Positions 36,591 through 46,864 of a stretch of DNA of 64,000 nt are shown here, piece by piece. The notes beneath the pieces are model-generated. The model was given only the letters and a program-made list of their open reading frames with translations. It was not told where the DNA came from and searched no databases. Source of the DNA: Sapientia aquatica (GTDB lineage: Bacteria > Pseudomonadota > Gammaproteobacteria > Burkholderiales > Burkholderiaceae_D); contig NZ_SMYL01000003.1 of the NCBI RefSeq assembly GCF_004358105.1, positions 65,371 through 129,370 of the forward strand. Reading direction: 5' to 3'. How positions within the stretch are numbered: the stretch's first letter is position 1; each line of letters starts with the position of its first letter. The position numbers and the translations under genes were made by a program.

Positions 36591-37667
36591 ATGAATTTCG
36601 CAAAAGCAGTTGCTATAATTGTTGGTAATGTCTTGTTAGTTAGTTTTGTTTGGGCAGCAAATCCTGCTCCGATCGTGACCGATACAGATGGTCAAACGAT
36701 TACTTTAAAAGCGGGCGACCCCAGTCTAAAAAAATGGATATTGCCCAGTACACCACCTGTTCCAGCAGATAATCAGTTAACTGCTGCGCGGATCGAATTA
36801 GGTAAAAAACTATTCTTTGACCCAAGATTATCCGGTCACGGAAACATGAGTTGCGCCACTTGCCACAACCCACAATTTGGTTGGTCGGATGGATTAGCGG
36901 TTGGTGTTGGTGAAAAGGCCGAGAACCTTGCGCGTGCGACGCCAACGATTATCAATTCCTCGTTCAATATTTTGCAAATGTGGGACGGCCGCAAAAAATC
37001 GTTAGAAGAACAAGCGATGGGCCCGATGGAAACCATGGCAGAAATGAATATGGATACCGCCAAATTATTTGTGTGGCTCAATCAATCCGAAGGTTACAAA
37101 CAATTGTTCGCCGCAGCGTACCCAGGTATGCCAATCAATGCCGATACATTATCGAAAGCCATGGCCAGTTTTGAGCGCACCATCATTAGTAATCACACGC
37201 GCTTTGATCAATGGGTAGCGGGTAAAAAAGATGCATTGAAAGAAGATGAAATTAAAGGCTTTGCCTTATTCATTGATCCGAAAAAAGGGAACTGTTCGGC
37301 TTGCCACGCTGGACCGAACTTTACCGACAGCAGTTTCCACAATATTGGTTTAGCTTCGTTTGGAAAAGACAATCCCGATCTAGGACGTTATGGCCAAAAG
37401 CCATTAGCGTTGATGAAAGGCGCTTTTAAAACGCCAACCACGCGTGAGATATTAAATACAGCGCCGTATTTTCACGATGGATCCGCAAGCACGGTTGAGC
37501 AAGTCGTTGAGTTTTATGCCAAAGGTGGTGAAGTTAAAACGAATTTGTCGGCCAATATTCATCCGCTCGATTTAACCAAGCAAGAGAAAGAGCAATTGGT
37601 GGCTTTCCTCGGTTCGCTGTCGACTACGCCGCAACCTTTTACTTTGCCTGCCTTACCAAGAAAATGA
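36591..37667 (+). CDS. Dihaem cytochrome c peroxidase (CCP/MauG family).
   Basis: Two CxxCH motifs (CATCH, CSACH). The conserved PYFHDGS segment and a signal peptide are present. Confidence 0.85.
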   Translation: MNFAKAVAIIVGNVLLVSFVWAANPAPIVTDTDGQTITLKAGDPSLKKWILPSTPPVPADNQLTAARIELGKKLFFDPRLSGHGNMSCATCHNPQFGWSDGLAVGVGEKAENLARATPTIINSSFNILQMWDGRKKSLEEQAMGPMETMAEMNMDTAKLFVWLNQSEGYKQLFAAAYPGMPINADTLSKAMASFERTIISNHTRFDQWVAGKKDALKEDEIKGFALFIDPKKGNCSACHAGPNFTDSSFHNIGLASFGKDNPDLGRYGQKPLALMKGAFKTPTTREILNTAPYFHDGSASTVEQVVEFYAKGGEVKTNLSANIHPLDLTKQEKEQLVAFLGSLSTTPQPFTLPALPRK

Positions 37668-38542
37668 CGGTGGTAATTCACTCTTCTGACATAACAACTG
37701 AATCTGCTTTCCTTAAGCGCCGACAATTGATTCAGTCGGCGCTGCTGCTTGGCATACTGCCTGCAGTGCAATCGGTGAGCGCTGAAGTCGAAGCGCCCAA
37801 TACTATCGAACAGATTAGTCGCTACAACAATTACTACGAGTTTTCTACCAACAAGGAAGTGATTTGGAAATTGGCCGAAGCGTTCAAACCACACCCTTGG
37901 ACGTTGACGATTGAAGGCGAAGTGCAACGTCCGCGCACCATTGCATTCGACGATTTGTTAAAACAGTTTCCGCAAGAAGAACGCATTTATCGACTACGTT
38001 GTGTAGAAGGTTGGGCTATGGTGATTCCTTGGCAGGGTTTTTCTCTCGCCAGTTTGATCAAGACGTGCAATCCTACTTCGCGCGCGAAGTTTGTTGAATT
38101 TATTGGTCTAGAACGCCCGACAGAAATGATAGGACAACGCAATAAAATGATGGCGTGGCCCTACACGGAAGGATTACGCATCGACGAAGCACTGCATCCA
38201 CTGACGTTACTAGTTACCGGCTTGTATGGACACCCGTTACCAAATCAAAACGGCGCGCCACTTCGTCTGGCCGTTCCGTGGAAATACGGCTTCAAAAGCA
38301 TCAAAGCGATTACCAAAATTCGGCTCGTGGAAGAACAACCTGTCAGCTCGTGGATGCGGTCAGCGCCATCGGAATACGGGTTTTACGCCAATGTAAATCC
38401 AGACGTGTCGCATCCACGTTGGTCGCAACGGCGAGAAGTTAGAATTGGCCACGCCAGCAAACAACCTACGCTGTTATTCAATGGGTATGCAGATCAAGTT
38501 GCATCCATGTATCAGGGTATGGATTTGGTCAAATATTTTTAA
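37664..38542 (+). CDS. msrP: Protein-methionine-sulfoxide reductase catalytic subunit MsrP (YedY, molybdopterin).
   Basis: Tat signal (RRQLIQSALLLG). The sulfite-oxidase-like fold motifs of YedY are present. ATGA overlap with the upstream CCP gene. Confidence 0.85.
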   Translation: MTVVIHSSDITTESAFLKRRQLIQSALLLGILPAVQSVSAEVEAPNTIEQISRYNNYYEFSTNKEVIWKLAEAFKPHPWTLTIEGEVQRPRTIAFDDLLKQFPQEERIYRLRCVEGWAMVIPWQGFSLASLIKTCNPTSRAKFVEFIGLERPTEMIGQRNKMMAWPYTEGLRIDEALHPLTLLVTGLYGHPLPNQNGAPLRLAVPWKYGFKSIKAITKIRLVEEQPVSSWMRSAPSEYGFYANVNPDVSHPRWSQRREVRIGHASKQPTLLFNGYADQVASMYQGMDLVKYF

Positions 38543-39273
38543 TGGGTGCGCTGCGCAATCATTATTCTTACTGGATCAAGCAACACTACGATCTGGTTTG
38601 GCGTTGCTGTTTCATTGCGTGTTGCCTACCCGCTTTGTGGCTGCTGGGCGAATGGAGCACGGGCAATTTGGGGATTAATCCCTTAAACCGATTGCTACAC
38701 TTTTCCGGTACGACCGCGCTAGTGCAGATGTTGGTTACGTTATCTGTCACGCCAAGCCGATGGCTGGCTGTACGTCTATCTATCGTTACGCACCAAGCCT
38801 ACGGCAAACGTTTATCGGATTGGAATTGGCTGATCAAGCTGCGACGCCAGCTAGGTTTATTCGCCTTTTTTTATGCGCTACTTCACTTAGTGATTTACTT
38901 GGCCCTCGATGTCACTTGGGACATGCGGGCGGTTTGGGATGATATTCAAGATCGGCTGTTTATTCTGCTTGGTTTTATTGCCTTCGTCCTGTTAGTGCCG
39001 CTAGCGCTCACGGCAAATAATGTTTCAATCCGGTGGCTTGGGTCGAATTGGCGCATCTTGCACCGCTTAAGCTACCCAATTGTGATCTGCGATGTGGCGC
39101 ATTATTGCTTGCAGATGAAAGCAGGACAAACCTCTGCGTGGCCGTTCGCGCTAGCAACGGCTGTTTTATTAGCTTATCGACTTGCGGCGTGGCTCAGTCA
39201 GGAAAAAGATTCTGGTATCGAAGTCGAAGAGCGCGGAGTTGAGGAGCGCGAAGTTGAAGAGCGAAGGGGCTGA
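38542..39273 (+). CDS. msrQ: MsrQ (YedZ) haem-binding membrane subunit with a C-terminal EVEER repeat tail.
   Basis: LPALWLLGEW..G.LG.NP...L.H..G..AL and the following TM helices are colinear with E. coli MsrQ. The extra tail is SGIEVEERGVEEREVEERRG. Confidence 0.8.
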   Translation: MGALRNHYSYWIKQHYDLVWRCCFIACCLPALWLLGEWSTGNLGINPLNRLLHFSGTTALVQMLVTLSVTPSRWLAVRLSIVTHQAYGKRLSDWNWLIKLRRQLGLFAFFYALLHLVIYLALDVTWDMRAVWDDIQDRLFILLGFIAFVLLVPLALTANNVSIRWLGSNWRILHRLSYPIVICDVAHYCLQMKAGQTSAWPFALATAVLLAYRLAAWLSQEKDSGIEVEERGVEEREVEERRG

Positions 39274-39301
39274 TTTTTTCACAAAGCAGCGATGTGCAGC
39301 A

Positions 39302-40351
39302 TCAGATTAATTTACCCTGCTCATCAAAAGCCAGCACCGCATCTGGGTTGACCTGCACGTTTATCAAGTCGCCCACCTCAACAGGGAGTTGTGCATCGCT
39401 TTGCCGTGCTTTTAAAATTTCCTCACAGCCGTTGACTTTGAAATGCACAATCAAGGTATCGCCTAAATATTCTACTAACACCACCTTCGCCGGAACACCT
39501 TCTTGCGATGCGACCAATCGGATATTTTCTGGTCGAATACCGACACTAACTGCGCTGCTACTGAGCGAGCCAAACTGATTCCATAACGAGAGTAATTCTG
39601 GTGCGCTGGAAGGAGTCGGACGCGCAATGAAATTGATCGTCGGTGAGCCCAAAAACTGAGCCACAAATTTATTGGCAGGACGACGATAAACATCCACCGG
39701 TCGGCCAATCTGCTCTACTCGACCCGCATTAAAAATCGCAATTCTGTCACCCATCGTCATTGCTTCAACCTGATCGTGTGTTACATAGATCATGGTCGTT
39801 TTTAATTGCTTATGCAGGCGCGACAATTCAATTCGCATGCTCACGCGCAAGGATGCATCCAAGTTAGAGAGTGGTTCATCAAACAAAAATACTTTGGGCT
39901 TACGCACAATCGCACGCCCTATCGCAACTCGCTGACGCTGACCGCCAGATAACTCTTTGGGGTAACGGTCGAGCAAATCGCTAATCTGTAAAATATCTGC
40001 TGCGTGCGCCACCTGTTCGTCGCGTTGCGCGCGTTTTAGGCCAGCCATTTTGAGTGAAAAACCCATATTTTCTCTCACCGTCATATGCGGATACAGGGCG
40101 TAGCTTTGAAACACCATTGCCGCTCCGCGCTCCGATGGATGCATGTCGTTGGAGCGCACACCGTCAATAAAAAGGTCGCCCGAACTAATCGATTCTAGTC
40201 CTGCGATCATGCGCAAGGTAGTTGATTTTCCGCAGCCAGAAGGGCCAACAAAAACCATGAATTCACCGTCTTCCACGGAAATATCAATGCCTTTAATAAC
40301 GTCGTTATTAGCATAACTTTTGCTAATTGCTTTTAATTGAATGTGGCACAT
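39302..40351 (-). CDS. Sugar ABC transporter ATP-binding protein (MalK/UgpC family).
   Basis: Walker A GPSGCGKST, signature LSGGQRQR, Walker B LFDEPLSNLD. The C-terminal TOBE-like domain is present. Confidence 0.9.
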   Translation of the reverse strand: MCHIQLKAISKSYANNDVIKGIDISVEDGEFMVFVGPSGCGKSTTLRMIAGLESISSGDLFIDGVRSNDMHPSERGAAMVFQSYALYPHMTVRENMGFSLKMAGLKRAQRDEQVAHAADILQISDLLDRYPKELSGGQRQRVAIGRAIVRKPKVFLFDEPLSNLDASLRVSMRIELSRLHKQLKTTMIYVTHDQVEAMTMGDRIAIFNAGRVEQIGRPVDVYRRPANKFVAQFLGSPTINFIARPTPSSAPELLSLWNQFGSLSSSAVSVGIRPENIRLVASQEGVPAKVVLVEYLGDTLIVHFKVNGCEEILKARQSDAQLPVEVGDLINVQVNPDAVLAFDEQGKLI

Positions 40352-40352
40352 A

Positions 40353-41714
40353 TTAGGAATGCTCTTTGCTAGAGTGACGTAAAAAATCTTGGTACCACAA
40401 GGCGCTGTCTTTCAGCGTGCGACGTTGCGTTTGGTAATCCACATGCACAATTCCGAAACGCTTTTCATAGCCGCAAGCCCATTCAAAATTGTCAAGCAAA
40501 CTCCAAACAAGGTAGCCACCCATGTTGACTCCTTGCTGCATCGCTGCATGGATCGCTAACAAATGTTGTTTGAGATAGTCGGTACGTTCTAGATCGTGGA
40601 TGCGATTATTAATTAGCTGATCTTTAAATGCCGCACCGTTTTCGGTTACAAACATGGTGGGAACTTGGTAGTCCTGATGGATACGCACTAACAGCTCGGT
40701 TAAACCTGCGGGATAGATTTCCCAGCCCATGTCAGTAACCGGCTTGCCGTTACTTTTAGCATCCCAAGGCTGCTCCGCGCTAATTATGGTGCGGGAATAG
40801 TAATTGATTCCCAAGAAATCAATCGGCGCTGCGATCAAGTCTAAGTCACCTTGCAGCACCGTTGGCGCATCAGCACCCAAATGGCTCCACACGTCGGCTG
40901 GATAGGACTTTTTAAATAGCGGGTCCATGTACCAACGCAATAATTTGCCATCTTCTAAACGCGCTTTGGCGTGATCTTCCGCACTCGCCGTCACGGCGTG
41001 CATGGGCGATAAATTAAGTGCGATTCCAAGCGGATAGGCAGCCCCAGCAGCACGCAATGCGCGTACTGCTAGACCATGGCTGAGTAATAAATGATGCGAT
41101 GCTTGCGCTGCGATAGCGCGGTCTTTCATCCCGGGAGCAAAGATGCCCAGCTCATTACCCAACGTCGCCATAACCCACGGTTCGTTATGAGTAACAAGAG
41201 AAGCAATCCGATCACCAAAGCGCGCGTGTATCAATTGAGCGTATTCCACAAATCGTTCAACGGTTTCACGATTAGCCCAGCCGCCCTGATGTTGAAGCGC
41301 GGCAGGTAAATCCCAGTGATTTAATGTTACATAAGGCTTGATACCGCGTTTTAGCAAACCGTCAAACAGCCTGTCATAAAATGCCAATCCCGCTTCATTC
41401 CACTGACCCGCACCCGTTGGGCGCACCCGCGGCCAAGAGATCGAAAAACGGTACGCATCGACGTTTAACTGCTCGATCAAATCCAGATCGGTTTCCAATA
41501 AATGATAGTGGTCACAAGCAACATCGCCATTGCTGCCGTCTGAGATCGCCTTCGGTATCTGACAGAACTCATCCCAAATTGACGGGCCTTTACCGTCTAG
41601 CTTGGCTGCACCTTCAATTTGAAAAGCGCTGGTCGCAACGCCCCACACAAAGTCGGATGGAAAATGGTCTTTGGCAAGACTGACCGAAGAGTTAGGCAAA
41701 GAATGGTTCGGCAT
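40353..41714 (-). CDS. GH1-family beta-glucosidase.
   Basis: Catalytic acid/base motif THNEPW and nucleophile motif FVTENGAA. Size 453 aa. Confidence 0.9.
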   Translation of the reverse strand: MPNHSLPNSSVSLAKDHFPSDFVWGVATSAFQIEGAAKLDGKGPSIWDEFCQIPKAISDGSNGDVACDHYHLLETDLDLIEQLNVDAYRFSISWPRVRPTGAGQWNEAGLAFYDRLFDGLLKRGIKPYVTLNHWDLPAALQHQGGWANRETVERFVEYAQLIHARFGDRIASLVTHNEPWVMATLGNELGIFAPGMKDRAIAAQASHHLLLSHGLAVRALRAAGAAYPLGIALNLSPMHAVTASAEDHAKARLEDGKLLRWYMDPLFKKSYPADVWSHLGADAPTVLQGDLDLIAAPIDFLGINYYSRTIISAEQPWDAKSNGKPVTDMGWEIYPAGLTELLVRIHQDYQVPTMFVTENGAAFKDQLINNRIHDLERTDYLKQHLLAIHAAMQQGVNMGGYLVWSLLDNFEWACGYEKRFGIVHVDYQTQRRTLKDSALWYQDFLRHSSKEHS

Positions 41715-41739
41715 AAATAATTAAAAATAGCGTAACGCG

Positions 41740-42564
41740 CTATTTAACTGCACCAGCAGTTAAACCAGAAATTAACTGGCGCGAGGAAATAATAAATAAA
41801 ATCAAGAGCGGAATCGTTGCAATTGCAGAACCCACCATCAGCGCGCCCCACTCGGTATTCACCGGACTTTGCAACTTACGCAATGCCAGCGGCAGCGTCG
41901 CGATTTCCGCCGAGCGCATGACGATTAATGGACTAATAAAATTATTCCATGACGCGATAAAAGTGACTAAGCCTAACGTCCCCAAAGCTGGTCTAAGTAG
42001 GGGCAGCACGATATGGCGATAGATTCCCAGCTCAGAGCAACCATCCATGCGCGCGGCTTCAATTAAGTCTTTGGGGATTGAGGTCGAAATAAATTGGCGC
42101 ATCAAAAAAATTCCAAAAGCACTGGCCGCACTCGGGATATAAAGCGCGCGCGGCTGATCAATCCAACCGAGCGCATCGATAATCATAAACGTCGGAATCA
42201 TGGTCATAAAAGACGGCAACAACATGGTTCCCATGACAAAACCGAAGAGCTGATTTTTCCAGCGAAAGCGGAACATCGCAAACGCATAGCCGCCCATCGA
42301 GCAAAAGATCAGCGTCAAAAAAGTCGAAAGCAAGGCCACATACAAACTCCAACCTAGACTGCTCCAGAATGGAATATGTTGCTGCATGATGTGCAGATTG
42401 AGAAAGAAATCATCACCAAAAAAGGTCGGCGGAGGCAGGCTAAAAATCTCCGTGCGCGAATGGGTAGAGAACACAAACATGAAATAAAACGGCGTGAGCA
42501 TAATGAACGCGCCGATCAGCACCAATACATTAATTAGGTATTTTGTGACTTTCAGGTTGTTCAT
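41740..42564 (-). CDS. Carbohydrate ABC transporter permease (MalG-like).
   Basis: Six TM helices. EAA-like loop (EAARMDGCSELGIYRHIVLP). Confidence 0.85.
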   Translation of the reverse strand: MNNLKVTKYLINVLVLIGAFIMLTPFYFMFVFSTHSRTEIFSLPPPTFFGDDFFLNLHIMQQHIPFWSSLGWSLYVALLSTFLTLIFCSMGGYAFAMFRFRWKNQLFGFVMGTMLLPSFMTMIPTFMIIDALGWIDQPRALYIPSAASAFGIFLMRQFISTSIPKDLIEAARMDGCSELGIYRHIVLPLLRPALGTLGLVTFIASWNNFISPLIVMRSAEIATLPLALRKLQSPVNTEWGALMVGSAIATIPLLILFIISSRQLISGLTAGAVK

Positions 42565-42566
42565 GC

Positions 42567-43532
42567 TTAGCCCTCTTCCCTAGTCGAACGACGTTCACGG
42601 AAGACCCAGTTAGTGGCATAAGTCAGCGCAGCAATAATGACAAACAAAATCCACGACATTGCGCTCGCCGCACCGAAATCGTTAAAGTCAAACGCCATCC
42701 GATACAAATAAATCGCGCTCGTCATCCCAGCTTGATCCGATCCACCATTGCCGTTGGTGAGGATAAAAGGCTCTTCAAATAATTGCAGTCCACCGATCAA
42801 CGACAGCGTCACACCAAAATAAATCATCGGACGCAAGCTCGGTAACGTGATGTGCCAAAACTTTTGCATGCGGGTCGCGCCATCCATCGTAGCAGCTTCG
42901 TACAACTCCGCTGGGATGGTTTGCAGCGCTGCCAAATACAGAACAATATTAAACCCCAGATAACGCCAAAAAATAATCATGGCAATTGCGGGTTGCAAAT
43001 GCTCTGGATTGCTTATCCAATCAATATTTTGTTGCGGGAAATATGAGCCGATTAAGGGCATGCTCGCTAATTTATGCAGGCCTTGATTAATCATTCCGTA
43101 GTCGCTCGAAAACAAGGTGCCAAACATCATGGCAATCGCGACTGTAGAGGTAATGTAAGGAACAAAATAAACGCCCACCACCAAATTACGCAGCCGCCCG
43201 AAAGAATGATGAATAAAACAGGCCAGCGGAATGGCGATTACGTGTTGCGGAATGCCAGACACCAAGGTCATCCAAACCGTATTTTTAAACGATTTCCAAA
43301 ACCATTCGTCGGATAAGGCAAACGTGAAATTACTTAAACCCACGTATTGCATGGCCGACAGACCAGCGGTTGGTTCCCAACTTTGAAACGCCAAGAACAG
43401 CGAGAACAACATGGGAAACATGCCGAAAATTAAAAACAAAGCGACAAACGGCGTCAAAAAAATAATCGGCGCATAACGCTTAGGCACACGATTTTTTTTC
43501 AACCATGTTGTGACGGTAGTGAGCGAACTCAT
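42567..43532 (-). CDS. Carbohydrate ABC transporter permease (MalF-like).
   Basis: EAA motif (EAATMDGATRMQKFWHITLP). Multi-TM. Confidence 0.85.
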   Translation of the reverse strand: MSSLTTVTTWLKKNRVPKRYAPIIFLTPFVALFLIFGMFPMLFSLFLAFQSWEPTAGLSAMQYVGLSNFTFALSDEWFWKSFKNTVWMTLVSGIPQHVIAIPLACFIHHSFGRLRNLVVGVYFVPYITSTVAIAMMFGTLFSSDYGMINQGLHKLASMPLIGSYFPQQNIDWISNPEHLQPAIAMIIFWRYLGFNIVLYLAALQTIPAELYEAATMDGATRMQKFWHITLPSLRPMIYFGVTLSLIGGLQLFEEPFILTNGNGGSDQAGMTSAIYLYRMAFDFNDFGAASAMSWILFVIIAALTYATNWVFRERRSTREEG

Positions 43533-44836
43533 CGGAATGCTCGCTTTTCTAACAAGCGATAGGCATCATCCAAGGCGGCGTTAATATCTTTGCCTTGATC
43601 GAGTACTTTATCGAGTTCGGTGTTAATCACTTCCTCAGCAAACTTATCTTGCTTATGTACTGAAATCGCTTGGATGTGCCCTGCTGCTTCGCGCCAAATT
43701 AGACGCGCCTTTTGCCCGCCTAAAAAAGGAATCGGCTCATCAAAAAACGGATCGTTGTAAGTCGATAACAGTGCGGGAAAGGCATTTTGTTCTTTGAACG
43801 AAGCAAGTTGGATTTGCGGATTTTGGGTTAAAAACTGAATCAACTTCCACGCATTTTGTTTTTGCTGCTCAGGGATATTTTTAGGAATAGCATAAAAGGT
43901 CCCGCCAAAGCCGGCCCAACTGTGTTCGGGTAACTGCGCGGCGCGCCACAATCCCGCCGTATTGGGTGCCATCCAATTACCCAAATGTCCCGCCAACCAA
44001 GAGCCTGATAGCTGGGTGGCCAGCGTGCCGCGTTTAAAGCTTTCGGTCCATTCAGTGGACCAATGCGTCATTTTTGCGTCCAGATGATTGTCGCGCACTT
44101 TTTTGGCGATTTGAAACGCTCGCACAAAGCGCGCCGATTTAACCAAGACGTGCGATTGCGCGTCAAAATACAATCCCTCTCCCGGCTTACAACCCACCCG
44201 TATCATGGTATCGGTGACATCCTGCACGTGCGATACCAAGTAAGCGCCAGTGGCTTTTTTGATCTTGATACCGGCCTCAACAAAGCTATCCCACGAGCCG
44301 TTTAGTTCGGCTTCGGTCACGTGCGCGCGGGCTAATAAATCAGCCCGATACAGTAATGTGCCCGGTCCAATATCCGACGGAGCGGCAGCAATGGTGCCGG
44401 TTTTGCTGGTCGCCTGCGCAATGGCATACGGCACGTACAGCGCTTGATAATTGCGCATGCCATATTGGGGTGCGGCCAAATCTTCTAATCCACCGCCTTG
44501 GGCAAACCGACCGAGATAGCCAAACTCTAAGGCCATCACATCCGGCAAATGCGAGCCGGTCAACAACGCTGTCGTCATCGCGGAATGGTGATCGGCGATC
44601 TGCAAACTGACGACGTTGACATCAATATCGGGATGGATTTTTTTCCAAGCAGGGATGGCGGCGCGGACGATTTCATCCATGGCTGGAAAAGCGGCAACGG
44701 TTAACGCGGGGGACGCTTGAGTGGCATAAGCGGCACTGCATAAGCTAAGGCTAAGCCACAGCACAAGTCCGGCTAGCGCACACGTCGTCGTAATGAGCGG
44801 GCCAAACTTGCCACGCCATTGGTTTGTTCCTTGCAT
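43529..44836 (-). CDS. Sugar ABC transporter extracellular solute-binding protein.
   Basis: Signal peptide after Met 44836 (GGAGA RBS). Family-1 SBP-like. The ORF track extends to 44938. Confidence 0.75.
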   Translation of the reverse strand: MQGTNQWRGKFGPLITTTCALAGLVLWLSLSLCSAAYATQASPALTVAAFPAMDEIVRAAIPAWKKIHPDIDVNVVSLQIADHHSAMTTALLTGSHLPDVMALEFGYLGRFAQGGGLEDLAAPQYGMRNYQALYVPYAIAQATSKTGTIAAAPSDIGPGTLLYRADLLARAHVTEAELNGSWDSFVEAGIKIKKATGAYLVSHVQDVTDTMIRVGCKPGEGLYFDAQSHVLVKSARFVRAFQIAKKVRDNHLDAKMTHWSTEWTESFKRGTLATQLSGSWLAGHLGNWMAPNTAGLWRAAQLPEHSWAGFGGTFYAIPKNIPEQQKQNAWKLIQFLTQNPQIQLASFKEQNAFPALLSTYNDPFFDEPIPFLGGQKARLIWREAAGHIQAISVHKQDKFAEEVINTELDKVLDQGKDINAALDDAYRLLEKRAFR

Positions 44837-45086
44837 CGGGTCTCCGGAACGCAATAGAGTTGTCTCGTTGATTGTATTTGTGGGGCATCGGACCTTGCTG
44901 GTCGGAGTGAAAGCGTTTCCAATTGCACATAGTATCAAGCAGGCAGCAAAATTTAAACACTTTCCTCGGATTTATCCTAACCGAATGGATAGAGTTAGTA
45001 GCTTAAATAATTTTCATATTAATTTTTCACTACAAACATAGATCAAAAGCCGCCCAATACGCACCAAAGATTAACTCCGTCCGTAA

Positions 45087-45115
45087 CAAAAAAGCCTCCG
45101 TAATGGAGGCTTTTC
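45087..45115 (-). terminator. Bidirectional rho-independent terminator.
   Basis: aagcctcc / ggaggctt stem flanked by an A-run and a T-run. Confidence 0.7.
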
Positions 45116-45220
45116 AATCGCGGCAAAAACGGCGTTAGAAGCTAGTTTTTAGTCCTATGCAGTTGTTGTACGCTGCGCTTATTCCGGGGCGACCACAAAA
45201 ACTCATCACCATCGAAACCA

Positions 45221-46816
45221 CTACGCTGCGCGAATCAAATCGACCGCTTTTTCCGCAATCGCAATAATCGGCGCATTGGTGTTGCCGCCGATGAGCGTTG
45301 GCATGATGGAGCCATCGACCACGCGCAAGCCGCTAATGCCGTGCACTTTTAACTGAGCATCAACGACCGCCATTGCATCTGAGCCCATTTTGCAAGTGCC
45401 GACTGGGTGATAAACGGTGTCGCTACGTTGGCGCAGAATGTGGCGGATATCGTCGTCGGTATGCACATCGGCGGTGATCACGTCCTTTTGGCGCACGTTG
45501 GCTAGGCTAGGCGCGTCTAATAATTTTTTGGTTAGCTTGTAACCTTTGACTAGCGTTTCTAAATCCTCATCCTCTTTTAAAAATCCCACGTCGATCAATG
45601 GCGCATCGGACATATTAGCGCTGGCTAAAGTAACTTGACCGCGACTCTTTGGTCGCAATAAACACACATGGCAAGAGTAACCGTGCGCCATATGCAATTT
45701 GCGTGCGTGGTCTTCGACCATACTGATCACAAAATGCAGTTGCACGTCTGGTGCGGGCAAGCTTGGATCGGTTTTTAGGAAAGCACCGCCCTCGGCAAAG
45801 TTGGTGGCAATTGTTCCGGTACGTGAATTGATGTATTTAATGATCTCGCCAGTCATCTTGACGCTACCACTCAAGGAGATGCCGATTAAGTCCAAACTCT
45901 TGGCCTCAAAACCAAAAATGAAATCGGGATGATCTTGCAGATTTTGTCCGACGCCAGGTAAATCGTGCACCAGCGGGATGCCGAGTTTTTGTAATTCAGC
46001 AGCAGGGCCAACCCCTGAGACCATCAACAACTGCGGCGAGTTGAACGCACCAGCAGACAGAATTACTTCCTTACGAGCGCGCAGTTCTTGCTTGACGCCG
46101 CCTTGGGTAAAGCTAATCCCAACGGCGCGTTTTCCTTCAAACAGAATACGCTCAACCTGCACATCGGTTTGCACATCCAGATTAGACCGTTTACCCATGT
46201 GCGGATGCAGATAGGCGCGCGCGGCGCTCCAGCGTTCGCCGTTGTTATGGGTCACTTGATAAATCCCCACGCCCTCTTGCTCTGCACCGTTAAAATCGGT
46301 GTTGATTGGGAAGCCGGCTTCTTTGGCGGCATTCAAATAGATTTGTTGAAATGGATTATTACTTTGCAGATTCTGGACATGCAACGGGCCCGCATTGCCG
46401 TGGTAACTATCTTTGATGACGGAGTTATTTTCGCTTTTAATAAAATACGGCAGCATGTCGTTGTACGACCAACCGACATTACCCAACTCAGCCCAGTGAT
46501 CGTAATCAATCCGATGACCGCGGATATATACCATCGCGTTAATCGCGGATGATCCACCTAAACATTTACCACGTGGTTGGTAGCCGCGCCGCCCATTTAA
46601 TCCCGGTTGGGGCACTGTTTCATAAGCATAGTTATTGATTTTGGTCGGCAGCATCGCGACCGCACCAACTGGGGTTTTGACTACCCAACTATCGCCCTTG
46701 CCACCCGCCTCTAGTAAGGCGACCGTGGTCGATGCATTTTCTGTTAAACGCCCTGCAATCACGCTGCCTGCCGAACCACCGCCGATGACGATGTAATCAA
46801 ATTCTTTCATGCTCAT
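45221..46816 (-). CDS. GMC-family FAD oxidoreductase (choline/alcohol dehydrogenase-like).
   Basis: N-terminal FAD motif DYIVIGGGSAGSVIAGRL. The GMC signature regions are present. Size 531 aa. Confidence 0.85.
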   Translation of the reverse strand: MSMKEFDYIVIGGGSAGSVIAGRLTENASTTVALLEAGGKGDSWVVKTPVGAVAMLPTKINNYAYETVPQPGLNGRRGYQPRGKCLGGSSAINAMVYIRGHRIDYDHWAELGNVGWSYNDMLPYFIKSENNSVIKDSYHGNAGPLHVQNLQSNNPFQQIYLNAAKEAGFPINTDFNGAEQEGVGIYQVTHNNGERWSAARAYLHPHMGKRSNLDVQTDVQVERILFEGKRAVGISFTQGGVKQELRARKEVILSAGAFNSPQLLMVSGVGPAAELQKLGIPLVHDLPGVGQNLQDHPDFIFGFEAKSLDLIGISLSGSVKMTGEIIKYINSRTGTIATNFAEGGAFLKTDPSLPAPDVQLHFVISMVEDHARKLHMAHGYSCHVCLLRPKSRGQVTLASANMSDAPLIDVGFLKEDEDLETLVKGYKLTKKLLDAPSLANVRQKDVITADVHTDDDIRHILRQRSDTVYHPVGTCKMGSDAMAVVDAQLKVHGISGLRVVDGSIMPTLIGGNTNAPIIAIAEKAVDLIRAA

Positions 46817-46864
46817 TATTGTCTCCTCATTTTTATCAATAAATACTGTGTCAACAACTGCTTT

